Source of the DNA: Callorhinchus milii
Lineage: Eukaryota
Direction of reading: 5' to 3'
Length of the DNA: 64,000 nucleotides
NCBI RefSeq assembly: GCF_018977255.1
Contig: NW_024704742.1
Span: 135,906,001 to 135,970,000 of the forward strand
In this document: positions 11,331 through 23,851 of the stretch, piece by piece
Layout: each line of letters opens with the position of its first letter
Numbering within the stretch: position 1 is the stretch's first letter
Translations under genes and position numbers: made by a program
Notes under the pieces: generated by a model
What the model saw: only the letters and a program-made list of their open reading frames with translations
Databases searched by the model: none
Told to the model about the DNA's origin: nothing

Positions 11331-12309
11331 TGGACGCAGGATGATATGAACAAAGGAAGATAAGGGCAAGGGAGACCAGGAGATAGGAGCACTGGGAGAC
11401 GGGGACAGTGGGCGGCAGGGAAAGAGATGAACACAAAGAGATATGGACACAGGAAGATGTGGATAGAGATAGACACAGAGGGAGATATGAACACCGAGAC
11501 AACGACAGACAAAGGGAGTTGGAGAAGAGCAGGTATGGATATAGAGAAATGTGGACAGAGATAGGCAAAGGGATAACCTTTGGTGCAACCTTTGTGCTGA
11601 AGCCAGGGGTGGGGGTGAATCACGTGAAGTAGTTTTAGATAAGAAACGTCACGTTTGCTCAGCCCTGCGGCCACCATCATTACTCCGCACCTTCCTCCTC
11701 CCACCCACCCCGTTCGCCCCGCCAACCCAAATGTTTGTGCCACGCGCCCATCACCCGGGGAGAGAGAGAGAGAGAGAGAGGGTGGGGACGGGGCAGAAAG
11801 GCATCTCCTCTGCACTCTATTGGCTGGTATTGTCCTCCCTGTTGCTGAGGAATTGAAGAATTGACATGAAAAGGCGAGCGAGATTACTGACTGCTCACTC
11901 ACTGAAACCCAAATAAAAGCCTTATCTTTACACAGGCTCCTGTGGCATAAAGCGGCAAATTCCCTTGTGGCTGTCTTTCTTTTTTCGGCCCCAGGTTTGA
12001 TTGACTGGGGTAATGAAAGGCCCGCGCGGTCGCCCTGGCAACCGCTCTCAAACCCAAATTGCCGTCAACGCGCCAAGTTAATAACAAAAAAAATTGGCAG
12101 AAGATTACGGGAGAGAGAGAGAGTGAGAGAGAGAGAGAGCGATCGCTAATCTCTCGCAGGATGATGCACAGTCTGTTTGTGTGAGTCCTCACACCACCAG
12201 CCCCCCCGAGCACTATTGATAAAACAACTGAATCAAAGATTACCTGCCCCCCCACCCCCCACACTTCCCATCGCTATCCCCTCCCCCTCTCACCACCCCA
12301 TCTCCTGAT

Positions 12310-12551
12310 TCAACACACACTTTGGGGTCTCCCAAAGCCTTGGCTCTTGCCACCCTGCGCCCAATACTCTCCGGAATTAGGTAAGCAGGATCCGGCCCTC
12401 CAGAGAGAGAGATTGAGAGCTCATTCCATTCCAACGATCTATCTCTGGGATTTCCACGTGTAGGTGGGATGCAGGGAATTCTCAGCTTGGTTTGGATGCT
12501 CTTAAGCAACGGTGATGGGTTTCCGCAAGTGTCAGGCTGACAAAAAAAAAA
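12310..12551 (+). mobile_element. Unclassified interspersed repeat, same family, 5'-truncated
   Basis: AAGCCTTGGCTCTTGCC...GGAATTAGGTAAGCAG...GGCTGAC-A(n). Confidence 0.75.
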
Positions 12552-13242
12552 CCTACGCTGGGACTTTGAGCTCATGTAGTCTGGTTTGACCGTCCAGTGT
12601 AGTTGGTGGGGAAAGTGTTGCATTGACAGAGGTTCAAGTGAGAGGTTAAATCGAGCTGAACCCTTCTGTGACCTGTTCAGGTGGACGTTAAAGATCCTAC
12701 GACTACCCGAAAAGGGAATGGAGTTTCTCTCACTCGGTGTCCTGGCCAACAATCACCCAGACAAAATTAATCAATAATTGCTGTTTGTGGGACGCTGCTG
12801 TGTGCAAATTGGCTGCTGCGTCCATCTACAGAAAAGCATCTCATCTGAAGGATGGCACCTCCAACCAAGCGGCGCTCCCCCAGCCCTGTAGTGCAGTATC
12901 AGCTTAGACCGGTGAAGGGCACCGTATAAATGCAGGTTGTTGTTGCTGTTGTTGTTGACCACTGACCGCAGCGGTGTGTGAGGAAGAGACACAGCGCTGG
13001 GTGTACCCGCGACGCGACACTCTGGTGAAGTGACAGGATCTTTTAGACAGCGGAGAGCCCGGTTGTGATTTGTCCTGTTAAACTTTGAGAAGCCCAGTTG
13101 CCTGGGTGACGTGCAGCCTGCGATGTGATGTGACGGGAGGACAAACTGCCGGGTGCTAAGTGAGTGGTGAGACGGCACACAGGAGACATTCACTGCGATC
13201 GCAGACATTTCTGGCTAACAAGCCGACACCTCGTACTGCGAT

Positions 13243-13580
13243 GTGGAGCCCTGTAGCATAATGGTTGGAGCACTCGTCTCGCAAAGCGAAAGGACCCGGG
13301 TTCGATTCCCGGGGGGTGGGGGGGGCGAAACCTTTGGCAAGTTTTCTTACTCCACACGCCTCTGTTTACCTAGCAGTAAGTCGAAACGCAGTTGGCACTT
13401 GTCTGCGGCTAATAATCCCTTCAAATGTTTTTAAGAACAATAATTTGGTCACTCAATCCACGAAAGTTTGTGGGACACTGCTGTGCACAATTGGCTGCTG
13501 CGTTTCACCCACAAAATTCAGTCACTTCACCTTGAGACACCTCGAAGACACGATAAGGTGCTACATCAAATGCAAGGATT
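13243..13580 (+). mobile_element. tRNA-derived SINE, long subtype
   Basis: GTGGAGCCCTGTAGCATAATGG...GGTTCGATTCC...CCTCTGTTTACCTAGCAGTAAG...TCAAATGCAAGGATT. Confidence 0.85.
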
Positions 13581-14257
13581 TCTCTCCCCCGGTGTCGTGG
13601 CCAACAATTCGCATATAAACCAATCGCTTGATGGCACTGCTACGCGCAAATCGAATGGTGCATTTGGTTTCCAATACACAGTCACTACACTTGAGACCAA
13701 TGAAGCACTTTGACACATTTTGACATTGCAGGCGCTGTATCGAATGCAGTAATAATAATAACTATTATGATGATAATCTCAACCTGGGGTTCAAGATGCG
13801 TTTGCGGCCACATTTGCACGCAAGGAAGAGATGACAACCTTGATGAAATGAACCACGTGAAGGCCAATCTCCGAGGGGAAACTGATTGGGCTGATGTGCC
13901 CGTGAGCAATATCGGAGATCTCTCGGGGCTCAATGACTGTCACATCAGTTCAGTGTAACGTCAGCGCGAGCCAACTGCTAAAGCTCTGTCACCACCTGCC
14001 CCAGATGTCTGTGGATGTGTGAATAAGCCACTTTGAATACTCAAACACACACCCACCTGAAAACCTGTCCACATCACTGCTGGTTTTATCAACAGCCTCT
14101 ACTTTAGTTTGTCTTGTGATATCTCTCCCGGGACGGGGCAGGGTGGAGTGGAAATGTCGTGAGAAAAGTTTTACAATGTCGTCTTGAAAGGGAGGGGAGA
14201 GAGGGGTTCAAGGATTGGCAGCTTCTTTCAGAGCGTCTCAAAATGGCTATCCTGGTC

Positions 14258-14512
14258 ATTTCCTCTCCCTTCCTCTCTCCCTAGTTCCCTCTTTTTCTCC
14301 CTCATTCCCTGTCTTCCTCCCTCCTTCCCTTCTTTATTCCCTCTCTTCCTCCCTCGTTCCCTTCTTTATTACTTCCCCCCTATACCTCCCTACAACCGCC
14401 TCCCTCCCTCCCGCCCTCCCTCCCACTCACTCCTTAATAACTCCTCCGCTCCTCTCTTCTCCCCTCCCTCTATTCCTCTCCCTCCCTCCCTCCTACCACC
14501 TCTCCCCCTGTC
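14258..14512. repeat. Pyrimidine-rich (CT) low-complexity tract
   Basis: Base composition seen directly. Confidence 0.85.
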
Positions 14513-14739
14513 CCCATGGAGATATCAAAGCATGCTAATGCACTGCTCAGTTAATTACCCATTCACTGACATACAGTGAACAGCACCTGTAACTGACCAA
14601 AGATAATTAATTCCGCACACCGTAAAATAGTGTGGCCGACATAAATATTCATCATATACTCCTGTGTGCCTGAACCAGTCGTTTAACCAAATATAAATGC
14701 ACTCTAATCGTCAGTTGTATACTTTATATGACAACGATC

Positions 14740-15068
14740 CTCACGTTCAAAACAGCGTCTATAATATCAAAAGGTCTCCAAGCGCTTCACAGGCAATTGC
14801 TGTCAAGTGCACTCATTGTGTGTTTATGGGAAAACACGGCAGCCAATTTTCACCCAGCAAAGTCCCATGAACAGCCATGATATTTTTATTTGTGGCGCTG
14901 TCAGCCAGGACCGCCCGGAGAAACTCCCTTGAGCTGCAGGATCTTTATCGTGCACATGAACAGGCAAAAACTGGACTTCGGTTTTGCATCTCATCCGAAA
15001 GACAGTGCCTCCAACAATACAGTGCTCCCCCCCCCAGTACTGCACGGAAATGTCAGCTTAGACTGGGA
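14740..15068 (-). mobile_element. Older Deu-domain SINE fragment
   Basis: TCTCATCCGAAAGACAGTGCCTCCAACAATACAG block and shared tail. Confidence 0.65.
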
Positions 15069-15269
15069 GCGCAAAGTCCCGATCATGAGGAGTCAGGAAT
15101 ATAGAGGGAATAGTGTTTAGGATAAGAGCAGGGAAACGGGAGGAGAGTAGATAGGTTCAGTGGGGGTGAACCCAGTCAAGCTGAGCCAATCTGCTCTGAA
15201 TTGTCTATGTTTCTGAAATATTCATGTGAGTTTCATAGAAGCAGAGAAAATATATATTGTATATACACG

Positions 15270-15473
15270 AAGGGTAGTGGAAATCTGCAATTCTCTCCCC
15301 CCAAATCCATTTAAATGTTCTAGACAGAGGTGGAAAGATTTTTGATAAGGATATCAACGATATGGGCCAAGGGTGGACGATTGGAGTTGAGGTGCAGATA
15401 AGCCATGATCTTGTAGAATGGCGCAACAGGCTAGAGGGGCTGAGTGGCCTACGCCTATTTCTGTGTTCCTATG
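15270..15473 (+). mobile_element. CR1 LINE 3' end
   Basis: GGTAGTGGAAATCTG...AGCCATGATCTTGTAGAATGGCG...GGGGCTGAGTGGCCTAC...TTCCTATG. Confidence 0.75.
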
Positions 15474-15907
15474 AAATTTACAATGCAGAAGGAGGTCATT
15501 TGGTCCATCGAGTCTGCAAATAATCCCTCCAAAACCAAAAATAATAATAAATTGGTAATTTTCAATCCACGACTGTTTGTGGGACATTGCTGTGCGCAAT
15601 TGGCTGCCGCGTTCGCCCACAATTATACAGTCAATTCACTTTACAGTATATTGTGTGTAGCGCTTTGGGACGTCCTCCCAACGTGAAAAGCGCTATATCA
15701 AATGCAAGGATTATTATTATTATATTATTAATGTCTCTCAGAGAAAGGTGTTCATTTATTCCCACTGGTGCAACCCGTCCCTATATACCACTTCAGGTCT
15801 CTATCCTTCATATACCTGACTATGTCCCCACTGAAACCCACAATGGACTCTGCCTCTACCACCTGACCTGGCAGGACATTCCACATCCCAACAATCTCCC
15901 TATATTA

Positions 15908-16292
15908 ATAATAATAATCTTTGTATTTGATATGGCGCCTTATCACGTCTTCTCGACATCTCAAAGCGCTTCACAGAATGCACTGTAAAGTGAATAGACG
16001 TGCATTCGCGAGTGAAATGCGGTAGCCTATTGCGCACAGCAGCGTCCCACAAACAGTCGTGGATTGAGTGAGCAAATTATTAGTAGTAGTAGTAGTAGTA
16101 CTTGGGAGGGATCATTACCCCTGGAAAAGCGATCCACCAATTGACTAACAACCAATAACGCTACTTACGGCTGGGTAAACAGAGGCGGGTGGAGTAGGGA
16201 AACTTGCCTAAGGTTTCGACCAGCCTGGGAATCGAAACCAGGTTTCTCGCTCGCGAGGCGAGTGCTCTAACTACTGAGCGACAGGACTCCAT
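15908..16292 (-). mobile_element. Full-length tRNA-derived SINE, long subtype
   Basis: Complete block order from (ATT)n tail to head. Confidence 0.85.
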
Positions 16293-16471
16293 TGCTTTCC
16301 AATATACAACATTATATCAACCGCTCCCAGGGAGGGCACTTGATAACTTCTGACCTTTTTGCTCCGCTCCCTCCCCTCTGTGGTATTGACTGTCCACGTA
16401 CCGTTAATGTCACTTTGCCCAACGAAACGGCGGACGCCTGTGGCTCGGACACTGCAGCTGGTTTTAGGTCA

Positions 16472-16505
16472 GCATGCCACCTAGTGGTCAGAACAGGTCA
16501 CCGCA
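16472..16505 (-). promoter_or_regulatory. Candidate CTCF site with upstream motif
   Basis: Minus strand TGCGGT-N9-TGACCACTAGGTGGCA matches the core CCASYAGRKGGCR plus a TGCAGT-like upstream module, in non-repeat DNA. Confidence 0.6.
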
Positions 16506-18545
16506 TGCACTTTGCACTCCCCCCCACCCCATGAATTTTTATTAGCAGCGAAAGCTAAACTCAGAATATTCTCTCGTCTGTGACGACAAAACGTCCTAAA
16601 GCACCTCACAGGGAACTATCATCAAGAACCTCATGACCCCCCCGATGTCCTGTGGATGAAAACCCATGTCTGTGCCCGTTCGGGCAGATGTTTGCCCACA
16701 AAAACAGTCACTACACTTGTCAGTCATTAGCATAATGTACTTTAAGATGGTGAGATGTGATGAAATCCCATTGTTCTCTTTTTCTCTCTTTCCCCTTCTT
16801 TCTCTCTATCTCTCCCTCGCACCTTCTTTCTCTCTCTCGCTCCACTGTGCAAAATGGCTGACAAATTTACCGACATTTGCTTGATCACATCATTGAGACG
16901 TCTCAAAGCGCTTCACCGAATATATTGTGAAGTGTAGTGACTGTGTATTTTGTGGGTGGATTGTCACAAACAGTGTCTCACAAACAGTTGCGGATTGAGT
17001 GACCAAATCTTTACGTATTCGTTTTGAAGGGACTATTACTCCACGAATCATTGAACTGTCTCAAAGTGCTTCACAGAATATATTGCAAAGTGTAGCGACT
17101 GTATATTTTGTGGGCGAAACGTGGCAGTCAATTGCACACAACAGTGTCGCGGATTGAGTGACTAAATTATTATTATTATTTTTTGGAGGGACTATTACCC
17201 CCGGAAAGCAATCCACTGCCAGGATAACAGAGGCGTGTGGAGTGAGGAAACTTATCTAAGGTTTCACCCCACCTGGGAATTGAACCCAGATCTTCTCGCT
17301 TGCAGAGTGAGTGCTCTAACTACTAATTAACATTATTAGTAATATTACTGTATTGAATGCAGGATTGGTTATTAACTCTTGTTTATCGCCACCTCATTGC
17401 ATCAATGGCAGGTAGGAGACACAGCTCAGATTTCCTCATACCACCATCATCATCCTCACCACGTGTAGAGCTTGAGGGAGAACAAGGACAGGGGGGAGAG
17501 GTAACGAGGTCAGTGAAGAACCAGATGAAATAACTGGTGCAGTTGATCCGGTTTATAAAACAGGATCGACTACAGATCTGAGGTGAGAGAGAGTGGCACA
17601 CAGTGTGATTCACAGTCGGCTGGCAACCGGTAGTAACAGAGAGAGAGAGAGAGAGAGGTGAGCAGGTGAGAGCTTCAGCCTTGTGCTCTGTTGCTCACAC
17701 AGAGAGAAAGAGAGAGATAATGAGCAAAGAGGCTGTTCACAGTGCGCTCTGTTGCTTTGCATTACTGTCAAAGAATGCACTTACTGCACACGGTGCTGAT
17801 AGCCCGGTGATAACTCTACTCCTTCGCTTCCTCTCTCCCCATCACAGTGTAAAGGTGGCACAAAGCAACAGCATTTGCCATCTTACCCCCCCCCCATCCT
17901 CTCCCCCCCACCCCCACCCCCACCCCAATTCCTCCCATCAGTGTCCACTTTCTCCAGCCTTCTCCGCCAACCTCTTCACGTCTCTGCTGGGAACCCCAAC
18001 CCGCTACCCTCGGGCCTATGATTCCCTCGTTGGACACCAGAAAAAATTCCATCTGGCCTTCGCCTGTGACCCCCATATTTTGTGTTTCATTTTTTTCTTT
18101 CTCCTTCTTTCTTTTTTTTTCTATTTGGAATAATAGAAATTCTCAGCGCAAGAGGCCATTTGGTCCATCAAGTCTGAACTGGCTTTCAGAGCAAGCTATT
18201 CATTCAATCCCACTGCCTCGCCCTATCCCTATATTCCTTCAAGCCTCCAAAACAGAAACAATAATAAATTGGTCATTTTCAATCCACAACTGTTTGTGGG
18301 ACACTGCTGTGCGCAATTGGCTGCCGCGTTTCGCCCACAAATATTCACTTTACAGTCTATTCTGTGAAGCGCTTTGCGACGTCGAGAAGATGTAAAAAGC
18401 ACTATATCAAATGCAAGGATTATTGTTATTATTATTATATACCTGTATAATTCCTTCTTGAAACCAACAACGGACTCTGTCTTCTACCACCTTTCTTGGT
18501 AGGACATTTCACAGTCGGACAACTCCCTGAATGAAAACATGCGTG

Positions 18546-18958
18546 TCAGCCTGGTGCACAGTGCAGCTCTCTGGTCTCTTGAGTCAGGAGGTTGTGGGTT
18601 CAAGCCCCACATTAGGACATGGAACACGCAATCTAAGCTGATGATCCAATGCAGTGCTGGGGGGGGGTGGGGGTGTTGAATTGTCGGAGGTGCCGTCCTC
18701 TGATCAGATGATAAACCGAGGTCGCAGACATTAAAGATCCCGCGGTGCTATTCAAAGAGAGAAGGGAGTTTATCGCTCCCGGTGTCCTGGCCAAGAATTC
18801 TTCAGTCACTCCATGACTGTTTGTGGGACACAGCTGTGTGCAAACTGGCTGTCGTCTTTCGCCAATAAAATGCACTGTATATCTTGTGACGGGTTTGAGA
18901 CGTCTTGATGATGTGATAAGGCGCTGTATCAAGTGCAAGGATTATTATTACATTATTA
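18546..18958 (+). mobile_element. Older Deu-domain SINE (SacSINE1-like), near full length
   Basis: GAGTCAGGAGGTTGTGGGTTCAAGCCCCAC head; Deu-type blocks TGTCGGAGGTGCCGTC...TAAACCGAGG...TTAAAGATCCC...GGTGTCCTGGCCAA; shared L2-type tail. Family assignment is from recalled consensus. Confidence 0.75.
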
Positions 18959-20053
18959 TTAACATTTATCCTAATTTTTCCTTCCTTCCTTCTATCTCAC
19001 TCTCGACAACAATAATAATTTGTCAATTTGGTCACTCAATCCACTGTTTGTGGGACACTGCTGTTGCCCAATTGGCTGCCACGTTTCACCCACAACATAC
19101 ACGGTCAATTCACTTCACAGTATATTGCATGAAGCTCTTAGGGACGTCTCAACGGCGTGATAAGGCGCTGTGTCAAAAATCCAAAAAGAAGAATGACCAG
19201 TTTTCCTTTCACTAATCAGAAAAATGGTTTCCCTCTTTCACTGACACATCAAAGCTCCCGACACTATTTCCGCGGATGCCGTCTGAAAGTCGGGATTGAT
19301 TTCAGCTTTCCTAACTTTCACACCTCATTATTCATCCGTTGCAAGACATCACCTGATAAATCAGTGGAATATTATTTCATTTATATTGATTCTCACCTTT
19401 GCCATAGAATTGTAATCAATGTTTTCATCGTCCTCCCCCCATCAACGCCCCTCCCCCCCCACCATACACACACAAGTTGCCTTTTCCCACACACGCATTC
19501 ATAAAAACATCGCCCCAAGCATCAAAGTGGATCCGGCTGAGAGAGACCTTATATCATCTCACATTAATCTTTATTCCTGTATAAATTTCACTTCAGCAGA
19601 AGCTTGGCTCAGAGACTTAAAGCTTAACCTGTGTGTGTCGGGGTGCCTGTCTGTGTGTCCGTTTCTGTCTGTCTGTGTGGGGGTCACCTTGAAACACTGG
19701 TACTCTGCTTCAATCTCTCTGTCTCATTCCCTCTTTGCCCATCTTCAGATCACACCTGAAGACTTTCCTCTTCATCGGTGACTACAGTCTATTCACTTTA
19801 CATTCTATTCTGTGAAGTGCTTTGAGACGTCGAGAAGACGTGAAAAGCACTATATCAAATGCAAGGATTATTATTATTATTATTATTACAGTCACTTTCC
19901 CGGTGGCTCAGAATCAAACTGCACCTGTTAAACTCTCTCCAAGACACCACTACGCATCAAACGCAATATACAAATGCAAATTGTTGAGTCTGTTTCCACG
20001 GAGTATCTGTGATTGTGTTTGCGCCTCTGTTTGTGACTGTGTGGGATATTACT

Positions 20054-20457
20054 GCAGTCACTGGGGTCAGGGAATTCTCCCACTCAGCTCCTGTTAACCC
20101 CACAACCAAAGCCAAGACAAGTAGGGTGGTCCTAGCTGGACAAGCAGCGGGAAAGCTTGCCAGTCAGTGCCCTCAATGGCAACGTGTTTGTAACTGGTTA
20201 GACTCCAGCAGTTTACCCCAACACACTATGGAGACCCCAAGCCTTGGCTCTTGCCAACCTCCGCCTAATACTTTCTGGAATTAGGTAAGCAGTCTGTGGC
20301 CTCCGGGGTGAGAGAGCGCATTCCATTCCAACAATCTATCTCCGGGATTCCCGGGTGTAGGTGGGATGCAGGGAATTCTCAGCTTGGTTCGGATTCTCTT
20401 AAGCAGCAGTGATGGGTTTCCGCGCGTGTCAGACACCCGGCTGACCCAAAAAAAAAG
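20054..20457 (+). mobile_element. Unclassified ~400-nt interspersed repeat ending GGCTGAC(C)-poly(A)
   Basis: Homologous to 12310-12551, 33197-33565, 44695-45150 and 45720-46099. Confidence 0.8.
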
Positions 20458-21051
20458 AGATCACTACTGCGTGCAAATTGGCTGACGTGTACGCCCTCAA
20501 AATACACAGTCACTACACTTTACAGAAACTTTGCAGGCACTGTACTAAACGCCAGAATTATTACCGTTATTGGTTCTACAGGAAACAGCCAGGAAAGTCC
20601 TTTGGGATTTTTACTGTTGAGTTAAAAAAGGAGAGGAAGAAAAAAATGTTGTAAAAGTCGTCAATAAAAGGATATCTTTATTACTCTGACTGCCTGCGAT
20701 TGACTGTGTCAAGTGTATCTGTGAGCCTGTAATAGAGGTATCTCGGTGTCTGACACTGATTTTGACTCATAGAGGACTTGTCTCTTGTCAGTTGTCTCTG
20801 TTCGTGCTGATACCCGTCATATCTCGCTGTTGCCTGTCACACACTGTCCGCATGTCCTGATGAATTGAACGGCAGCGTGATTTACTCCTCTGCCACACAC
20901 TCCCTCCTCGCAGTCAAGAGAATTACACAGATTGCCAAGCATGGAAATAGGCCGTTCAGCCCTACAATGATGTACCGGTGTTTATACTCCGCACAAGACC
21001 CCCCCACCCACCCACCCACCTCTGTCTCCTCTTCCCTTTCATTGACTTCCT

Positions 21052-21428
21052 TGTGGAGTCCTGCAAGGTAGTGGTTAGCTCGCTTGCCTCACAAGAGGAC
21101 CCGGGTTCGATTCCCCCGGGCAGGATGAAAATTTCCTGACTCCACACGTTTACCTGGCAGTAAGTAGGAACGCGGTTGTTAGTCGATTAGCGGATCCCTT
21201 TTCTGGGGGCAATAATCCCATAAACGTCAACAATTCAATGAGGTCACTCAATCCACGACTGTTAATAATTCCTTCAAAAAAATGATAATAACAAACAAAT
21301 TGGCCACCCATTCCACTTGTGGGCATTTCGTCCACAAAATATGCAGTCAATTCATTTTACAGTATATTCTGTGAAGCGTTTTGAGACAGCTCGAAGACAT
21401 GATCAAATGCAAGGATTATTATTATTAT
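21052..21428 (+). mobile_element. tRNA-derived SINE, long subtype
   Basis: B-box GGTTCGATTCC, central domain, ATCAAATGCAAGGATTATT tail. Confidence 0.8.
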
Positions 21429-22600
21429 CAGTCCTTGCCGGTGTTTATACTCCACACAAGCCCCCACCTCTCCTACTCCCTTGATTCACTTTTACTAATA
21501 ACAATCCATGCATTTGATATAGCGTCTTATCACGTCTTCGAGAGTCTCAATAGCGCTTCACAGAATATATTGTAAAGTGAGTTGACTGTATTTTGTGGGC
21601 GAAATTTTCTCCAAGTTTCTCTTGCAAACAACGATGTGCTGTCTGCTTCAACACAGTTTACAGCAGCGAATTCCACGTTCTCACTAGCCCCTGACGTTCC
21701 TCCTATTAGATGTGCTATTAGATTTATTAGATTGCAGTTGACAGAGAACAAGGCTCCCTCTAGCTTTCCTGCCTCAGGCAGTTTATTCCATGTCGAGTTC
21801 ACTCAAGCTACTGAGTCAGATACTGTGCGTTCACAAAACACACGTGGGACTTTGGAATCACACAGTCCAGGTTGACTCTCCAGTGCTTTGCTGAGGACCA
21901 CAGAGTCTAACTAACTAAAACTGTGTGGCTCGCAATTGTCTGACTAGTTTCCCATTGATTGTCCACCCGGGTGCCAGTAGTTGGGAAGCTTATCAGTGGC
22001 ACCACTTCCAGCCACTATGTATTGAAGCTTTGGAACTCTTTCCCTCAATCTCTCCGCCTCGCCCCCCTACTTATAAATGACATATAACATCAAAATGTCT
22101 CTAAGCAATTAACGTCAAGTACAGTGATTTCTTATAGCTAAGAAAATGTACAAGCAAGGTCCCAATAACAGGCACGTTTTGAATGATCCACAGGATTTTT
22201 AACGGGCACCTGAATAGGCAAACAGCAACGACTGCGGTGTTTGTAATAATGCTTGCTTTTGATTATAGCTCCTTACCAAATCTTCGAGACATCTCAAAGC
22301 GCTTCACAGGAAACACTGGATAGTGTCGCGACTGCATATTTTGTGGGTGAAACGCGGCAGCCAATTGCGCGCAGCGGTGTCCCACAAACAGTCAGTGGAT
22401 TGAGTGACCAATTTGTTGTTGTTAGAAATTTTTTGAAGGAATTATTAACACCGGAAAAGCGATCCGTGAATCGACTAAGATTCTCCTGAGAGTGATCAGA
22501 ATCTGGAATGCTTTGCACCACAATGTTCTCAGACTGTTCCTAATTTCCTGTGGTCCTGTGTTTGATAAAGAGACGGACACCATGACACATTAAGAGATAT

Positions 22601-22633
<33 letters not shown>

Positions 22634-22764
22634 AGGGAAAATTAATCAGATCTGCCGTCATCACATGAAATAGCAGAAGAGGTTTGATGCACTGCCGCTG
22701 TTACCATTATCCTGTACTAGAATGGGATGTGACTGGGAAAAGACCATGGAGGGATTAAACCGAG

Positions 22765-23030
22765 TGTGGAGTCCTGTAGCTCAGTGGTTAGTGTATTTGC
22801 CTCACAAGCGAAAGGACCCGGGTTCGATTCCCGGGCAGGGCGAAACATTCGGCAAGTTTCCTTACTCCACTCCTCTGTTTACTTAGCAGTAAATAGGAAC
22901 CCGGATGTTAGTCGATTGGCGTGTCACATTTCCGGGTTCAACAAATCCCTTCCAAAAAAAACAGGAAATTAAAAATATATAATAAATTGGTCATTCAATC
23001 CACAACTGCAACTGTTTGTGGGACACTGCA
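22765..23030 (+). mobile_element. tRNA-derived SINE, long subtype, 3'-truncated
   Basis: Intact A-box and B-box plus central domain. Confidence 0.8.
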
Positions 23031-23559
23031 ATTGTTTTGAGCGAGTTCCACGATCTCACTACCCTCCAGGTGAAGCAGTTTCTGTAAAATTCTCTTTTAG
23101 ATCCAGGTTACAGTGACTGTCCATAGGTCTTGCAGACTGATTGCCTCCGACTCTCAGTTGTTGCTCCTTTAATGACCGTGAACTCTTCTCTCAGTACAGT
23201 GATCATGAGCAACATCCTTTTCCTGAGCACAAAAGTACTGCAAGGAAACCAGGAGCTAGTAGCCTCCAGTCATCATTAAATATCAATGTCGGGCTCCAAC
23301 ACTCTGAGTATTTCTCCTGTGCAGCACTTTAAAGTCACTTCAGCTGCACAGTTTGAGCAATTTGTGGCAGCGAGTGAGAAGAACCATCCTTTTACAACAA
23401 GATGCCCTACGCAGTTTTTTGGGGGGTTTCACACGGCCACGAAATATCCTCACCCCATGGGCTCATTGCCCTTCAAAGCGTTTTTAAATCCCGCACAAAA
23501 TTCCAGCAGGTTCTTAAATTCATTTTTTATTTATTATCCAGAGAGACTACAGATTGTTC

Positions 23560-23815
23560 TGGGATTGTTCTCCTCGGAACAGACGAGATTAAGGAGTCAA
23601 TTCAATAATTTAAGATAATTGGCAAAAGAACCAGAGGAAAGACGAGGAGATTTTCTTTTCACGCAGCGAGATCTGGAATGACTGCCAGAAAGGATGGTGG
23701 TGGCAGATTCAATGATAACTTTCAAAAGGGATTTGGATAAGTACTTGAAAAGCAAAAAAAATTGGGGTAAGAGCGAATGGGATTCATTGGTAGCTCTTTC
23801 AAAAAGCCGAACCAG
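23560..23815 (+). mobile_element. CR1 LINE 3' fragment
   Basis: TTTTCACGCAGCGAG...GGATGGTGG...GATTCAATGATAACTTTCAAAAGGGATTTGGATAAGTACTT. Confidence 0.75.
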
Positions 23816-23851
23816 AGTCCTGAAATTCTCACATTCTTAGCTTCAAGACCA

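Noticed and set aside
17775..17800. REST/NRSF site (TCAGCACC half-site)
   Set aside because: The right half reads GTGCAG instead of GGACAG; too weak.
22765..22845. tRNA genes (A-box, B-box and anticodon-like arm, here and in many copies)
   Set aside because: They are SINE heads: no acceptor stem or poly(T) terminator, and each runs into SINE body sequence.
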